In this document: one piece after another, positions 11,804 through 23,702 of the stretch | How the letters are laid out: every line of letters starts with the position of its first letter | Numbering within the stretch: position 1 is the first letter of the stretch | Origin: Hamiltosporidium tvaerminnensis FI-OER-3-3 | Taxonomy: Eukaryota; Fungi; Microsporidia | Direction: 5' to 3' | Assembly: GCA_022605425.2 (NCBI GenBank) | Contig: JAKIMF020000013.1 | Span: 851,173-915,172 of the forward strand | DNA: 64,000 bases | Program-made: the position numbers and the translations under genes | Notes under the pieces: model-generated | Databases searched by the model: none | What the model was told of the DNA's origin: nothing | The model's input: the letters and a program-made list of their open reading frames with translations, nothing else

Positions 11804-12114
11804 GTCTACTTCCTTTTAAGCATGTTTGATTTTTCTTAGAATTTAAAATATTTATTTTTAACCTCTTTTGAATAAATAACTAATTCTTTGCTAAGTTTGT
11901 TTAGTTTTATATTAATAGTTTTATTTTAATATTTACTTCTATTTCCTTTTTTTTCTCATTTAAATATAAAATATATTTTTAATTAGATTTTCTTCTTTCA
12001 CTCTATTCAAGTATAGAATTTTTTTTTGTCCTTAAAAAAAATAATGCGTTTTATAATAAATTATTTACTTAAACTGTTTTAGATTTTAAAGATTTTTTTT
12101 ATTAAAAAATTATT

Positions 12115-12515
12115 TAAATAAATATTAAAGCAGGCTATTAAAAAATTATTTAAATAAATATTAAAGCAGGCTACTAAAAGTATAATATAAATAAATATTA
12201 AATGAGACTACTCAAAGTATACTATAAATAAATATCAAAGCAGGCTACTAAAAGTATAATTTAATATATTTTAAAGCAGGCTACTCAACGTATACTATAA
12301 ATAAATATTAAAGCAGACTATTAGAAGTATAATATAAATAAATATTAAAGCAGGCTATTAGAAGTATAACTAAAACAAATTTTAAAGCAGACTATCTAAA
12401 GTTAATATAAACGAATATCAAAGCAGGCTACTCAACGTATACTATAAACAAATTTTAAAGCAGACTATTTAAAGTTACTATAAACGAATATCAAAGCAGG
12501 CTATTAGAAGTATAA
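12115..12515. repeat. Minisatellite, ~11 units of ~38 bp (AAATATTAAAGCAGGCTACTAAAAGTATAATATAAAT-like)
   Basis: AAAGCAG(G/A)CTA recurs at ~33-39 bp spacing. Confidence 0.9.
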
Positions 12516-12859
12516 TTTTTTTATCCAATTAATTATTCTAATTACAAATAAATTAATTATAAATTCCTTAAACTCTAAATTCTACCAATTTATTATTAAA
12601 TTATTTAATAAAATTCTGGGTTAAAATATTTTTAACATTTTTATATGTTTTCTACCTCTTTAACACTTTTTGTCTCTTCTTCCAAATCCGACTCTTTATT
12701 TATTTTATTGGTCGGTTCCTCTAAAGTGGTTCCTCCTTGTGAAATAAGGGGTGCTTTATTTTTTGGTTTAAAATTTTTTGCACTTCAATATCTTAACTTA
12801 AGATATGTAAAAAAAAATATTTAAAGGATAAATACAATCTTAAAAACTTAATTAAATAT

Positions 12860-13290
12860 TTACAATAAAAGAAAAAAAATCTTAAAGAAACTAAAAAGAT
12901 AAAAAAAAATATAAAAAAAAGAAAAAAACTAAAAAGATAAAAAAAAAATATAAAAAAACTAGAAATATAATAAAAACTAAAAAAACTATAATAAAAACTA
13001 TAATAAAAACTAAAAAAACTATAAAAACTTAAACAAATACAAATACAAATACAAAACAAACTTCAAACTAACAAATCCTAATACAAAACAAAATCAAATA
13101 CAAACCAACCAATCAAATACAAAACAAATTAACAAATACAATCATACCAATCAAAACCAATCATAACAATCAAATACAAACCAACCAATCAAATACAAAC
13201 CAACCAATCAAATACAAAACCGATACAAAACCAATAAACCAAAAAAAACAACCAATCAAATACAAAACAAAACCATAAACAAATACAATA
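12860..13290. repeat. A/C-rich low-complexity tract (AAAACTA, CAAATA, CCAATCAAATACAAA units)
   Basis: Almost G-free top strand with short tandem units directly upstream of the PSP1 gene. Confidence 0.8.
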
Positions 13291-13351
13291 TTTAAAACAC
13301 TTTGTATCACCTACACCTATAAATTACTAATATATATTTCTAACCCTTAAA

Positions 13352-14470
13352 ATGAATACACAGAAATGGTCTTCTCCTTTTATATTTAACGTATGGTCAG
13401 ACACAACAGAAGAATGGACAGATCAAGATTGGAGAGTAGTAGGATATAACAGTAGAAGTAGAAGTAAGTCAGTTACATATGAAGAATGTAAAGACCAAGA
13501 CTGGAGAGTAGTAGGATACAACAGTAGAAGCAATAGTAGTATTAGTAGAAGCAATAGTAGTAAGGATAGTATTATTAATAAATATACTAACACCTACTCT
13601 AATACTAATAACACCTACTCTAATAACACCTACTCTAATACTAATAATACCTATAATATATTACCACAGCTTAGAAGACTTAGTGAACCTGTTATTACTA
13701 ATAATATGTCTGTAAGTGATATTTTATCTTTAAATAATAATTTATACATTATAGAGTTTAAAGGGGGTAGATTAGATGTAGGATATTTTACAGGGGATAC
13801 TAATAGGGATACTAATAGGGATACTAATAGGGATAATGATAGGGATAGTAATAGGGATACTAATAGGGATACTAATAGGGATACTAATAGGGATAATGAT
13901 AGGGATAATGATAGGGATAATGATTTATATAATAGTAACAGGGATACTAATAATAACCAACAATCAAATACTAACCAACTAAATACTAACAAACAACCAA
14001 ACCAACAATCAAATATTACCTCACATTTCATTACAAATGCTTATGTTATATTGGAGGCTGATAGAGGAGAAGATTTAGGAAAAATAAAGTGTAAGACAAG
14101 TAAAGAGAAATATAAAAGATTATTAAGTAGAATAGATAAGAATGAAAGTGTAAGAGAAGTACATCCTAAACGTATATATAGATTAGCAGAAGGTAAAGAT
14201 TTAGAAGTAATAAAAATTAAAGAAGAATTAGAAAGAAATGCATTGGTTAGTTGTAAGGAGAGAGTAAGAGAAAGAGGGTTGGGTATGGAAGTGGTAGAGT
14301 GTGAGTATCAATGGGATATGAATAAACTTACTTTTTATTTTAAAAGTGATAAAAGAATAGATTTTAGAGATTTGGTTAAAGAACTTTATAAGGTTTATAA
14401 GACTAGGATATGGATGTGTGCAGTGGAGAAGTCAAAGAATTATTATTTGAGTGAGTTGTGTGAGGGGTGA
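13352..14470 (+). CDS. PSP1 C-terminal domain protein
   Basis: YVILEADRGEDLG...KRIYRLA...MEVVECEYQWDMNKLTFYFKSDKRIDFRDLVKELYKVYKTRIWM matches the PSP1_C signature; TAACCCTT 5 nt upstream of ATG. Confidence 0.92.
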   Translation: MNTQKWSSPFIFNVWSDTTEEWTDQDWRVVGYNSRSRSKSVTYEECKDQDWRVVGYNSRSNSSISRSNSSKDSIINKYTNTYSNTNNTYSNNTYSNTNNTYNILPQLRRLSEPVITNNMSVSDILSLNNNLYIIEFKGGRLDVGYFTGDTNRDTNRDTNRDNDRDSNRDTNRDTNRDTNRDNDRDNDRDNDLYNSNRDTNNNQQSNTNQLNTNKQPNQQSNITSHFITNAYVILEADRGEDLGKIKCKTSKEKYKRLLSRIDKNESVREVHPKRIYRLAEGKDLEVIKIKEELERNALVSCKERVRERGLGMEVVECEYQWDMNKLTFYFKSDKRIDFRDLVKELYKVYKTRIWMCAVEKSKNYYLSELCEG

Positions 14471-14489
14471 TAGTGTGGTATGGAGTGAT

Positions 14490-14642
14490 GGTAATAAGGT
14501 TAGTATTAGTAATAAGTATTATTGGTAATAAGAAGTATTAGTAATAAGTAGTATTGGTAATAAGAAGTATTAGTAATAAGTAGTATTGGTAGTAAGTAGT
14601 ATTAGTAATAAGTAGTATTGGTAGTAAGTAGTATTAGTAATA
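14490..14642. repeat. ~16-bp minisatellite (AGTAGTATT(A/G)GTAATA)
   Basis: About 9 units immediately downstream of the PSP1 stop; C-free top strand. Confidence 0.85.
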
Positions 14643-14959
14643 CTTGTGGTTAGAAATAAATTAATTTGTAAGTTTAGAATTTAATTATTTAATTATTTTA
14701 TTATTTTTAATTATTTATTTCCTATATTTTATTTATTTATAAAATATTTTCTATATTTTTATTTATTTCCTATATTTTATTTATTTCCTATATTTTATTT
14801 ATTTATTTCCTAAATTTTATTTTATTTATTTATTTCCTATAAATATTCTTTTTATAAATTAAATATCCTTTTTATAAATTAAATATCCTTTTTTTTAAAT
14901 ATCCTTCTCTTATTCTTATTATTTTCTTTTTACAATCTCCCTTCTAATATTCATCTATC

Positions 14960-15239
14960 ACTTATATAACCCTTACTTATCACTTGGTTTTAAATATTTT
15001 TTAAAAGTTCCCTTCCCAAAATTTCTTACTATAACCTTTATTCCTAAATATTTTATATTTTTATATAAAATTATTTTTTAAAAGTTCCCTTCCCATAATT
15101 TCTTACTATAACCCTTACTCTTACTCCTAAATATTTTTTTTATTAAAATTATTTTTAATAACCCTTCCTTCATATAACCCTTACCCCCTCTCCTCTCTCC
15201 TAAATATTTTTTATTAAAAATATTTTTTTACCCTAAAAA
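14960..15239 (+). promoter_or_regulatory. RPL3 upstream region with reiterated TAACCCTT/TACCCTAA (CCC-motif) elements
   Basis: TAACCCTT at ~14967, ~15109, ~15159, ~15175 and TACCCTAA at 15229; CCC-like motifs just upstream of the ATG are an established microsporidian transcription-start signal. Confidence 0.6.
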
Positions 15240-16418
15240 ATGAGTTGTAGAAAATTTGAAGCACCTCGTCACGGTTCATTAGGTTTCTGTCCAAGAAGAC
15301 GTGCAAAGAATATAAGACCACCTGTCTCTTCATTTCCTACAGACACACTTTCAAAAAAACCACATTTAACAGCTTTTCTAGCTTTTAAAGCTGGTATGTC
15401 TCATGTGGTTCGAATGACAGAAAAATCTGTTTTAAAACGTTCTGTTGCCACTGTCACTTCTTCAGAAGTACTTGATGCAGTTACTTATATAGAATCACCA
15501 CCAATGGTTGGATTTGGTTTGGTTGGTTACAAAAATACTATTTATGGTCTTAAAAGGACAGGTTGTGTTCTTTCTCAGCATTTGAGTGAAAGTGTCCACC
15601 GTAGAATGACTCGAAACTTTTATCGATACCGAACCTCTAAGAACAGTCATACTCTTAAAAATAATCCAAATAATTTATCAGAAGAAATACAAAAAATAAA
15701 AGAAAATAGCGATTCTATTAGAATTTTAGTACATACGCAGGTAGAAAAAATACCGAATTTAAAAACTAAGAAAGCAAATATAGCAGAGATACAAATTAAT
15801 GGAGGAAATATTCAAGAGAAAGTAGAATTTGTTTTAAGTAAAATGGAAAAGGAAATAAAAGTAGAAGAAGTATTTGAAACACAAGAGAGTATTGATGTTA
15901 TTGGTGTTACTAAAGGTAAAGGATTTGAAGGAGTAACTAAAAGATTTGGAACAAGAATTTTACCTAGAAAAACACGTAAAGGTATTAGAAAGGTAGCCTG
16001 TATAGGTGCATGGCATCCAGCAGGTGTTCTGTCTACAGTACCAAGGGCTGGACAGATGGGATTCCATAGAAGAACAATGACTAATTTACAGGTTTATATG
16101 ATAGGAAATGGACATAAAGAATTTAACACTGAATATGATTTAACAGTTAAAGGAATAAATCCGATGGGTGGATTTCCACATTACGGAAATATAAATAATG
16201 ATTTTGTTATGGTAAAAGGAAGTATCATGGGACCAAGAAAGAGAGTTGTTGTTTTAAGGAAGAGTTTGAGTAAAGAGAAACCTAAATTAGAAAATGTGAT
16301 TTTGAAGTTTGTGGATACGAGTTCTAAGATTGGGCATGGAAGGTTTCAGACGAGTGGAGAGAAAAAAGAGTTTTATGGGATTCTTAAGAAGGATGTTAAG
16401 GCAGGAGGGAATGAATAA
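15240..16418 (+). CDS. RPL3: 60S ribosomal protein L3 (uL3)
   Basis: MSCRKFEAPRHGSLGF, FKAGMSH, EIQINGG, DVIGVTKGKGFEGV, RKVACIGAWHP, PMGGFPHYG, DTSSKIGHGRFQT; intronless; AATAAA overlaps the stop. Confidence 0.99.
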   Translation: MSCRKFEAPRHGSLGFCPRRRAKNIRPPVSSFPTDTLSKKPHLTAFLAFKAGMSHVVRMTEKSVLKRSVATVTSSEVLDAVTYIESPPMVGFGLVGYKNTIYGLKRTGCVLSQHLSESVHRRMTRNFYRYRTSKNSHTLKNNPNNLSEEIQKIKENSDSIRILVHTQVEKIPNLKTKKANIAEIQINGGNIQEKVEFVLSKMEKEIKVEEVFETQESIDVIGVTKGKGFEGVTKRFGTRILPRKTRKGIRKVACIGAWHPAGVLSTVPRAGQMGFHRRTMTNLQVYMIGNGHKEFNTEYDLTVKGINPMGGFPHYGNINNDFVMVKGSIMGPRKRVVVLRKSLSKEKPKLENVILKFVDTSSKIGHGRFQTSGEKKEFYGILKKDVKAGGNE

Positions 16419-16747
16419 AATATTTAAGGATTTAAAATTTTGTTATTTTATTTAATTGTTGTTTGGTTTATTTAATTGTTATTTGGTTTATTGTTTGGTT
16501 TAAAGTATTATTTATTTTGTTGTTTGGTCTTGTTTAGTTAATTTTTATTTATTTTGTTTTATTTATTTTTTTGTACTCTTTCTTTAATTTATCTAATTAA
16601 TCGATTATTTATTTATTTAATTTAATTAATTAATCGATATTTTATTTATTTCCTAATAAAAAATTATATGTAAATACAGTTTTTAAATTTAAAATTATAT
16701 TTTATAGTCTTTAGTTTTTAGGTATAGATTTCCAATTTATTTATTCT

Positions 16748-17465
16748 TTATTTTAAAGTATCCCATCTTTTTAGAATAGGGGCAAGTGTTATATTTTTTT
16801 TAGTGACATTAACGCAGTTCTAGGTTTACATAAATAGGTATTCTTAAAACTTTCATCAGTATATCTTGTGATATTGACATTCCAAGGTCTTTCATATAAA
16901 AGATTAGACTCGATTTATATTCGAGGCAGTTACCCGGAGTTCATTAATGTCCGTTGCATGGAGTGTGATTTAGGCCGAAGCCCCCCATGGGATCCCCCGA
17001 GATATGCAGCATTCTCACTTACTTTACACCTTCTGAACCCAATAAACTTTTAGCCAAGATATATTTCCGAGACATACTTGAGTGTCGATCTAAAAGCTGC
17101 AATATCATGCCACTATATAACTTTCCATCTAGCTCTCCCGGCTTTGAACGAATTTATTTTTTTCCTATACGCTATGTATTCTAACCCGAGTGAGCAAGGC
17201 TAGGTTTCCTCCATGCTTTTACATGGCAATTACCTACGATTCACCTGCGGTCTTCAATCTGGTTACATAAAAAACTACAAATTAATTTGTAGAAAAAGTT
17301 TCTCCATTTCATAGACCTCTTTTTCTCATCCAAATTCCCATGGAGCAACCGAAGATGTAGTTGGTTTTATTCCCATTAAAAATCCAAACAATGATCCTCA
17401 TAGATTAATCTCGCATACTCATTGCCAAGCAGATAATATTTTATGTGGTTATCTTCCCTCCACTA
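16748..17465 (-). mobile_element. Family A repeat, copy 4 (full length)
   Basis: Colinear reverse complement of 11078-11803, from GGAGGGAAGATAACCACAT to TTTAAAATAAAG. Confidence 0.88.
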
Positions 17466-17769
17466 TGAGGCTATATATCCAAAACTATTTTATGCTTAAA
17501 TTCAAGAGAAATACTTTTTTTTTTGATTTTATAGTTACGTTTTGAGAAAGATTTGTAATTTTAAGTATCAAAAGCGATTGTACGTATATTGGAGCGAAGG
17601 TCAATAATGAATATAAAATATTTGTAAGAAGATATTTCCTATCAATAAAGAAATAAAATAAAAAATTATGATTGTGTTTCTAAAGAAAGTTCGGTAAAGC
17701 TTTTTTTTATCTTTTTTAAAGTGTAAGAGTGAATGCATTTTATAGAATAAAAGAAATATAGAAAATATG

Positions 17770-19710
17770 CTAATAAACTGAAATAAGTTGTACCATTATA
17801 ATAAAATTATGAGTTTCACGATTTTTCTTTCTTTTAAATAAAATTTTTACAATCTTGACCACTTCATTATCTTTTTCTAAATCCAAGTCTTCATTCATGT
17901 TTATATTCTCCTCCTCTAGTATGGTTGCACTATCTAAAATATTAGGTAAATTTTTTTTATTTTGTATTTTAAGACATATGCCTTGTTGCCTACTGTTTTT
18001 AAAAAAAATATGTTGGTTTTTTATGCTTTCAGCACACTTTAATAGTACGTAATGACGTTTTTTCCCAGTTCTCTTTTCAGAATTTAGGCTCAACTTAAGT
18101 CCTCTTCTTCGATTATCCGAAATTGTTTTTGTTGCCTTCTTAATACTATGAATTAAAGCCATGCCTTTACATCTGTAGGTATTTTTAGTCTTACAACATA
18201 AGTCTTAAGGTATTCTGTTACCCTACCGTGTCAAGCTATACTATAAGGAATTTACTCCTATTACATTTATAAATAAGACCAGAACTACTCGCCTTAATGC
18301 CATATTTCTTAAGCTTCTCTGCTTCAACTATTCGAAGTAAATGTTTAAGTTGTTCCTACTTAAGAGATTTATCTTATCATTTCTTCTTTCCTAAAATAAA
18401 TATTCGGGTCAATTACACCGAATCTTGACATCGGTTTTTTACTTTGGTATCTACTATTATTTCTAAATACTTATTATCAAAAATATATTGAACAGAGTGA
18501 TCCCAATATATTTCAAAGACTTAAATTTATATATTTTTAGTAGGAGTAAGTGATTCTATTTTACTACTTCATTTTATCGGCTATTAAAGTCATTAACAAG
18601 TATTTTTTTACATCTCGTTGCCTAGTAATCTAATATTTTCCTAAAAGTGCTGCTGTGTCTACATATATTTCTATCTCGAGTATAACAGAAAATTGTTATG
18701 CATGTAGTCTCACACTTCTATTTTTAAATATTTTAAGAGGTCATTTACACTTAACAGCTCATTATTTCTACGATTATATTTAAACTAGACGTAAGCTCGT
18801 AGAAACGAACTTTCTTTTATATGCATAAGAAAAAAATGCCTAAAATAATCTTGGGGTTCATTATTTGACTCATAGTTGTTCCTAGATCATCTCAATTATT
18901 AAAATTAAAATTTTAGACTCTCACCTTGACTGTTTCTCGTATATTTTTTAGTCTTTCATATCCGACTTTTTTGCCGCACTTAAGCAATTCCTCAATAAAA
19001 TCTTAAGATCATTTTTATTTTAGCGTATTATTCTCCTAATTTTATTTAATTTAAATTTTAAAAACTTCAGCTCAGCCTTTTATGTTTAGCCTGTTCACTT
19101 CCACCTATTTTTATTGAATTCTGTCTTTTTTTCTCGAATAAATTTATTTAGATGATGAATTTTCTTTGTCTAAAAAAAATGTGTTTTTTAAAGATACTGC
19201 AATGGTTGATCTTTTTTGTAAATATTCTTAGTCATTTTTATTAAAAATATTTTAATTTTATCCTGTATAAAGTTACGCGAAGCTATTCAAGAAATATTTG
19301 TTTTATGCAATTATTATTTAGAATATAGATAAACAACACAGCACTTTTATAGAAAAAGCATCAATATTATAATACAATTTTTTATGCAACCGTAAACTGC
19401 TTTACAAGTAGTCAAGTGAGTGATGTAATTTTTTTCGAAAAATGAAAACGTTAGAAAAATTAAAAAAACAAATTTATTATGTTATTCTTGATAAATAATA
19501 CGGTTACAAGAAGATTTACGAATTTTATTTCAAATATTTTTTTTTGAAGAAGTAGAAAGTTTTTAATTTTTTGATGTTCAGTTCTGCTCACTATTATTGG
19601 TTGTGTAAGATTTAAGAACAAATCGAAAGCTACATCTTAATTGGAGCACTTTTTTGGTGTCTTATATTCTTTTAACCAATTAACCATTTCGAGGGGAGTC
19701 GTCATCATCG
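17770..19710 (-). mobile_element. Decayed non-LTR retrotransposon of the R2 superfamily (restriction-like endonuclease), RT domain apparently deleted
   Basis: Minus-strand fragments HSVQYIFDNKYLEIIVDTKVKTDVKIRCN*PE (18400-18500), LLRIVEAEKLKKY...GLIYKC and KKATKTISDNRRRG resemble the RLE C-terminus; 18770-19710 is repeated at 5140-6060 and 22480-22745. Confidence 0.75.
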
Positions 19711-20723
19711 TTTGAACTTAACTGATTAATCAAATGATGATAATTAAACGACTATTCTTTAAATCAGTTGTAATAAAGAAAAAAAGGAGGTTAAGTAGCG
19801 ATAACTCAGGAGATAATGAGAGATACTATTTTCTAACCAAAAAATTATATAATTTGATTCATTAGTGTTTTGTTGAAGTCTTTTTTACTTTTGTGAAATA
19901 TGTTTGACAGGAAATATCACATTTATAAAATTTTTAGACAATATAGTGGAAGAATTTTATATTAAATCAATTTTTGCCTAAAAACTTATTCTCTTAAGAA
20001 TATTACTTTATCAATAAAAAATATATTTCAAAGAACTTACATAATAAATTTATAACAATGAAATTTATTAGCAAAAGAAAATTGCATTCAAGGTTCTTTT
20101 GTACAAATTATAAAATGAAAATCTTTACCAGACGTGAGATACAAGATTACTGAAATATGTAAGTAATTTAAAATGAAAAATCAAACATTTAATTACTCTT
20201 TTATCCATCTTACTCTACAATATAACATTTTAAATTTAATGTAATATTGCTCAATTTTTCCGCTTAATAATGAATTTTACCGAACTTTATACATATATTT
20301 GAAATAAAGGTTGTGTTTCTTGTATTTTTATATCATTATTTGTATTTTACCAATAAATTTTTGAGCATTCTATAGTTAAATATTACAAAATGAAAAAATT
20401 GAAGTTTATTTTTGAATATTTTGTCAGTTGTTTTACTAAAACACCATTTAATAAAATTAATTAATTCAATTTATAGATTTATTTTTAAAAAATGCAATTT
20501 AATTATACTACAGGTTTAGAACTATTAGAATGTAGAATAATAAATGAGTAACAACAAAAATCTTTGCATAGCTTATCTATAAATAAAAGATAAAAATTCT
20601 TATTTCTTTAAAGAATACTTAATTCTAAAAATATTTCTATCTATAGAATAAATAAAGATAAGATAATTGAATTAAGCTTAGATAGCGATAATAAAAGTAT
20701 AAATAAGCCCAAATTTTTATACC

Positions 20724-21363
20724 ATGGAAAAGAAGAATATAATTTTGATCGTTGCAATTGTAGCAGTTTCAATTTCTTTAGCTTCACTTGGATATTTGCT
20801 GTTTAGGAATAAATCTGATTCAAAAGAAAAAAAAACGGAAAATGCACAAGAAACAAACCCAGTAGAACAGAAGGAACAACCCAAAACAGGATCAAAATTA
20901 CCAAAGACTGGTGAGAATACCGAAATCTCCTTCACCTCCTACAAATACACCTCCTACGAACACCCCTCCTACGAACACACCTCCTACGAACACCCCCCCT
21001 ACGAACACCCCTCCTACAAACACCCCCCCTACGAACACCCCTCCTACAAACACCCCCCCTACGAACACCCCTCCTACAAACACCCCCCCTACAAACACAC
21101 CTCCTACGAACACCCCTCCTGCAAACACCCCTCCTACAAAAACCCCTCCTACAAACACCCCTCCTACAAACAAACCCCCTACAAACAAACTCCCTACAAA
21201 CAAACTCCCTACAAACAAACCCCCTACAAACAAACCGAAACCCAATCCGCCAATTCCTCCTCCGGGTGCAAATGTAACGACGTCAGAACCAGGCGAGGCA
21301 AATAAAATCACAGCTGAAATGCTTCAAGCAGCAAAACGAAAACTTAAAAAAAAAAGCGGGTGA
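20724..21363 (+). CDS. Membrane-anchored Pro/Thr-repeat protein with C-terminal WH2-like motif; one frameshift near 20915
   Basis: N-terminal TM (IILIVAIVAVSISLASLGYLLF) in frame 20724; the 15-bp repeat varies almost only synonymously in the PPTNT frame; ends ITAEMLQAAKRKLKKKSG; CCC at 20708-20710. Confidence 0.75.
20935..21240 (+). repeat. 15-bp coding tandem repeat, ~20 units (CCTCCTACAAACACC)
   Basis: Direct reading. Confidence 0.95.
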
Positions 21364-22479
21364 AAATCCAAGAGGTATAACAAGTTTTTTTGTTTAATCC
21401 AAGAGAGGGAGGTTTTCTCGATAATTTTCGAAATGACTTTTTTCGTTTTTAGAATATTATTCAGAAAAAAATGATTTTAAAGGTAAGATATATAAAAAAA
21501 TTTGTTTTTCTTGGTTTAAAAACTGTTTTGTATGAGATTGAAACAATAAAACCATCAAGTTTATTTTTTTTATCTATTACAATAATTTCAATTCTAAATT
21601 AATTTAAGTAAAAAAATATTCTATTTCTTTCCATTTCAAAATATTATGATTTTACAAAAAATCCAGACAATTTTATGATGTGCAATCACATTCATTTCAT
21701 ATTTTTAACTTTTACAAAAAGCCTATAAATAAATTACTAAATAACTGTTATTTAAATATTTAGTCAATACTATTGTTTATAACTTATTAATACCCTAAAA
21801 ATTGTTTTTAAATTTTATCCAAATTCGAAATTATTTGTATTATAAACTAACTGTTTATTTTTGTGCACAAACAAATTTTACATCCAAAAAAAAAGTTTAT
21901 TTTTTTCCTTAAATTTGATACGCTGGATTATAATTTCTAATATTTTTTTATTTGGTCTTTCTAATTAACTGATATGTTGCTCGTATATTTTATTGGTCTT
22001 TTATATTAAGTATCTAAGTGTGTTGATTCAATTTTTGCATAAGAAATCAAGCTATATTTTTTTTACAGATCTAATTCTGATTAACTTACTTTTATTTTTT
22101 TAGCAGCCTAATCACCTTTTCAGTGTCGCTCTTTGGAATTTTCAAGCTATTCATATTTAATTCCGTCTTTTTTTGCGTGCAAGTTTTTGCTTTTAACCCA
22201 TGTTAATTCGATTAAAACTATGTTCTTTTTACAAATATGCGTTTAAGGCAGCTTCATTCTTTATATAGCTTCTTAATTACTTTTATCAATCTTCTAATTT
22301 TAGCAGGTAAAAAACCACATGAGGCTATTTAGTTAATCCTTGTTTCAAGGAATTATTATAATTGAATTAGAAGTAACAGTTAAAAGAAAAAAAAATCATT
22401 TATTCTATCACAATTGTTTATGTATCGTAAAAATCAATTATAAATCTAAAAAATTGATTAGAATTATTTTTTTTTGCAA

Positions 22480-22745
22480 AGATGAAACATTTGAAAAATT
22501 CAAAAAAATAGATTTTTAATGTTATTCTTGTCACATTACCGTTATCCAGAAATTTTCTTTAATAATGTATACGGCTAAAATATTTTGAAAGAAATTATGG
22601 TTTCGATTTTGTATGTTATATTCATTATTATTGGTTGGTAAGATGCATGAACAAATTAAAATTGTCATACTTCAATCGGAGATCACTTACTGAAGTCCTG
22701 TATTTTTTAACAGCTTAAAAATTTCGCATCGGGTCGGCTTATTCT
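22480..22745 (-). mobile_element. Third, more diverged fragment of the non-LTR element N-terminal region
   Basis: Similar to 19440-19700 (GAAAAATT...ATGTTATTCTTG; TATTATTGGTTG-TAAGAT...GAACAAAT). Confidence 0.55.
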
Positions 22746-23702
22746 CTACCTTGCATAATTATGTAAATGATTTCGCAAAATTATTCTGCTAATTTTTAAT
22801 GAAAACGACAATTCTCTTCCGCCTTTTTAATTTCAATCTATTCATAAAAAAATGAAGTTACCAAAGAAGATATAAAATGCGTTTGATCATGAACCTTCAG
22901 CCTCTCCATGTTTAACTCAGATTGTCTATTATGTATTATAATGTAATTTTTCTTTCCATCAAACATGGCGACAATTATATAAATATAAAGTAAAGTATAA
23001 ACTGCAATACACTTTACTTTTGGCACTTTCATTTAATTCAGAACTATATTTTTTGCATATATTAAGAAAAATACTAAGATATGCCTGTAATATTCTATTT
23101 GACTTCAAAAATAATTTTCAATTAAACTTTGTGAGTTTTATAAAATTACATCCGATATAAATAAATGTCACACCGGTTAATTTTGGATATTATTATGGAA
23201 CAATCTAAATTAAACAAACGAAACTTTTGCTTAAGTTTAGTGGCGAGACCTAAAATATGTTATTTTAGCCTATTCCATCAAATTATTTATATTTTTAATT
23301 TTAAGCAATTGGTGCTTCTCATTTTAAAAAACTACTTTTTAATTTAAATAACGAGAGTTTTTATTTTCTAACTATTTCATTAAAAATATCTGTTTAAAAC
23401 GGTCAAACTGATGTAAGACGTTGTATTAACATTTTATGAGCTGCTCAAACATTTGAAAATAAATTCGATAGAATCGTATCAAAATTGTAGTTATTCTGTA
23501 TCTTTCCAGAAATAGATGTATAGAAGAGGATCATACGTGCAAAAATTTAAAAGTAAAAAGCTATCTAAAAAATTTATAAAATAGCAAAACTACATAAACA
23601 CTTCTGATAAAATATAAAAGAATTTTCCATATGTAGGAAAAAAAAGATAAAAAGAAATATAATCAAAAAACATATATTTATATGAAAACGAAAAATCTTC
23701 CC

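Noticed and set aside
9374-13059. Phe-rich ORFs 9374-9571 and 12793-13059
   Set aside because: Translations of T-rich simple repeats with non-ATG starts.
16868-17184. Small ORFs inside family A
   Set aside because: Frames are not preserved across copies, which differ by arbitrary indels.
20910-20940. Short spliceosomal intron (GTGAGA) explaining the frameshift
   Set aside because: No usable AG acceptor until ~21285, which would remove the whole selected repeat.
20898-21311. (GGVFV)n minus-strand ORF, and the YEHP/YKHP frame as the ancestral product
   Set aside because: By-products of a stop-free 15-bp repeat; the minus ORF lacks independent gene signals and synonymous variation identifies the PPTNT frame.
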